64,000 nt of DNA from positions 62,001 to 126,000 of the forward strand of contig NW_027117338.1 in assembly GCF_038025025.1 (NCBI RefSeq). The letters run 5' to 3'. Source of the stretch: Phyllosticta citribraziliensis. Lineage: Eukaryota. Of the stretch, positions 63,535 through 64,000 are shown in pieces (position 1 is the stretch's first letter; every line of letters begins with the position of its first letter). Position numbers and translations under genes: made by a program. Under the pieces are notes generated by a model. The model was given only the letters and a program-made list of their open reading frames with translations, did no database searches and had not been told where the DNA came from.

Positions 63535-64000
63535 CTACCTGCCCATCCACCCCCCGTCGACCGTCACCACCTCTCCACTGACGTACCCGGCGCCCCGCCC
63601 GGCCAGCCAGACGACAACGCCCTTAAAGTCCTCGGCACTGCCCCATCTCCCCGCCGGAATGCGCGCCAAAATGCTGTCCGCACGCGCCTTGTCGTTGATG
63701 AGCGCCGTGTTCATCTCCGTGGCAATGTAGCCCGGGGCAATGGCGTTGACGTTGACGCCCTTGCCCGCCCACTCGTTGCTCAGCGCCTTGGTGAGCTGCG
63801 CGACGCCGCCCTTGCTCGCCGCGTACGCCGGCACCGTGATGCCGCCCTGGAACGACAGCAGCGAGGCGACGTTGATGACGGCGCCGCGCCGCCCGGATGC
63901 CGCGTGCCCGACTGACGCTGGGATGCGCTCGGCCGGCCGCGACAGCATGTGCGCGCCCACGTCGCGCGCCAGCGCAAACACCGTGTGCAGATTCACCTGC
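63535..64000 (-). CDS. 3' part of a KduD/IdnO-like SDR (2-keto-3-deoxygluconate or 5-keto-gluconate oxidoreductase family); 5' end lies outside the window
   Basis: [53 protein letters not shown]...RIPAGRWG...VDGGWMGR is the KduD-type signature. Confidence 0.9.
   Translation of the reverse strand, partial: QVNLHTVFALARDVGAHMLSRPAERIPASVGHAASGRRGAVINVASLLSFQGGITVPAYAASKGGVAQLTKALSNEWAGKGVNVNAIAPGYIATEMNTALINDKARADSILARIPAGRWGSAEDFKGVVVWLAGRGAGYVSGEVVTVDGGWMGR

Overview
Eukaryotic, GC-rich, microsatellite-rich DNA from a filamentous ascomycete (Pezizomycotina; short GT-AG introns with CTRAY branch sites). About 18 protein-coding genes are supported: RPS8, a MATE-like membrane protein, an Ino2-like bHLH factor, a TMEM135-like protein, a 60-aa Cys/His microprotein, an atypical kinase, a divergent Soa1/Dal5-type MFS + TauD/Jlp1 sulfonate-scavenging pair, ATP5 (OSCP), VMA2, ptaB/MFG1, a zinc-finger-like protein, a 1045-aa Cys-rich protein, a CsgA-like SDR, cytochrome c, a small conserved hypothetical, and at the right end a GAR1-like aldo-keto reductase divergent from myo-inositol oxygenase followed by a KduD/IdnO-like SDR (a candidate inositol->glucuronate catabolic cluster cut by the window edge). 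An 11.6-kb gene-poor interval (34.4-46 kb) holds a same-strand array of ~13 copies of a 26-28 bp motif embedded in a decayed ~136-bp repeat unit, plus gene relics including a CCCH zinc-finger pseudogene. No tRNA, rRNA, CRISPR or intact transposon was found. Family assignments come from motif recognition, not database searches.
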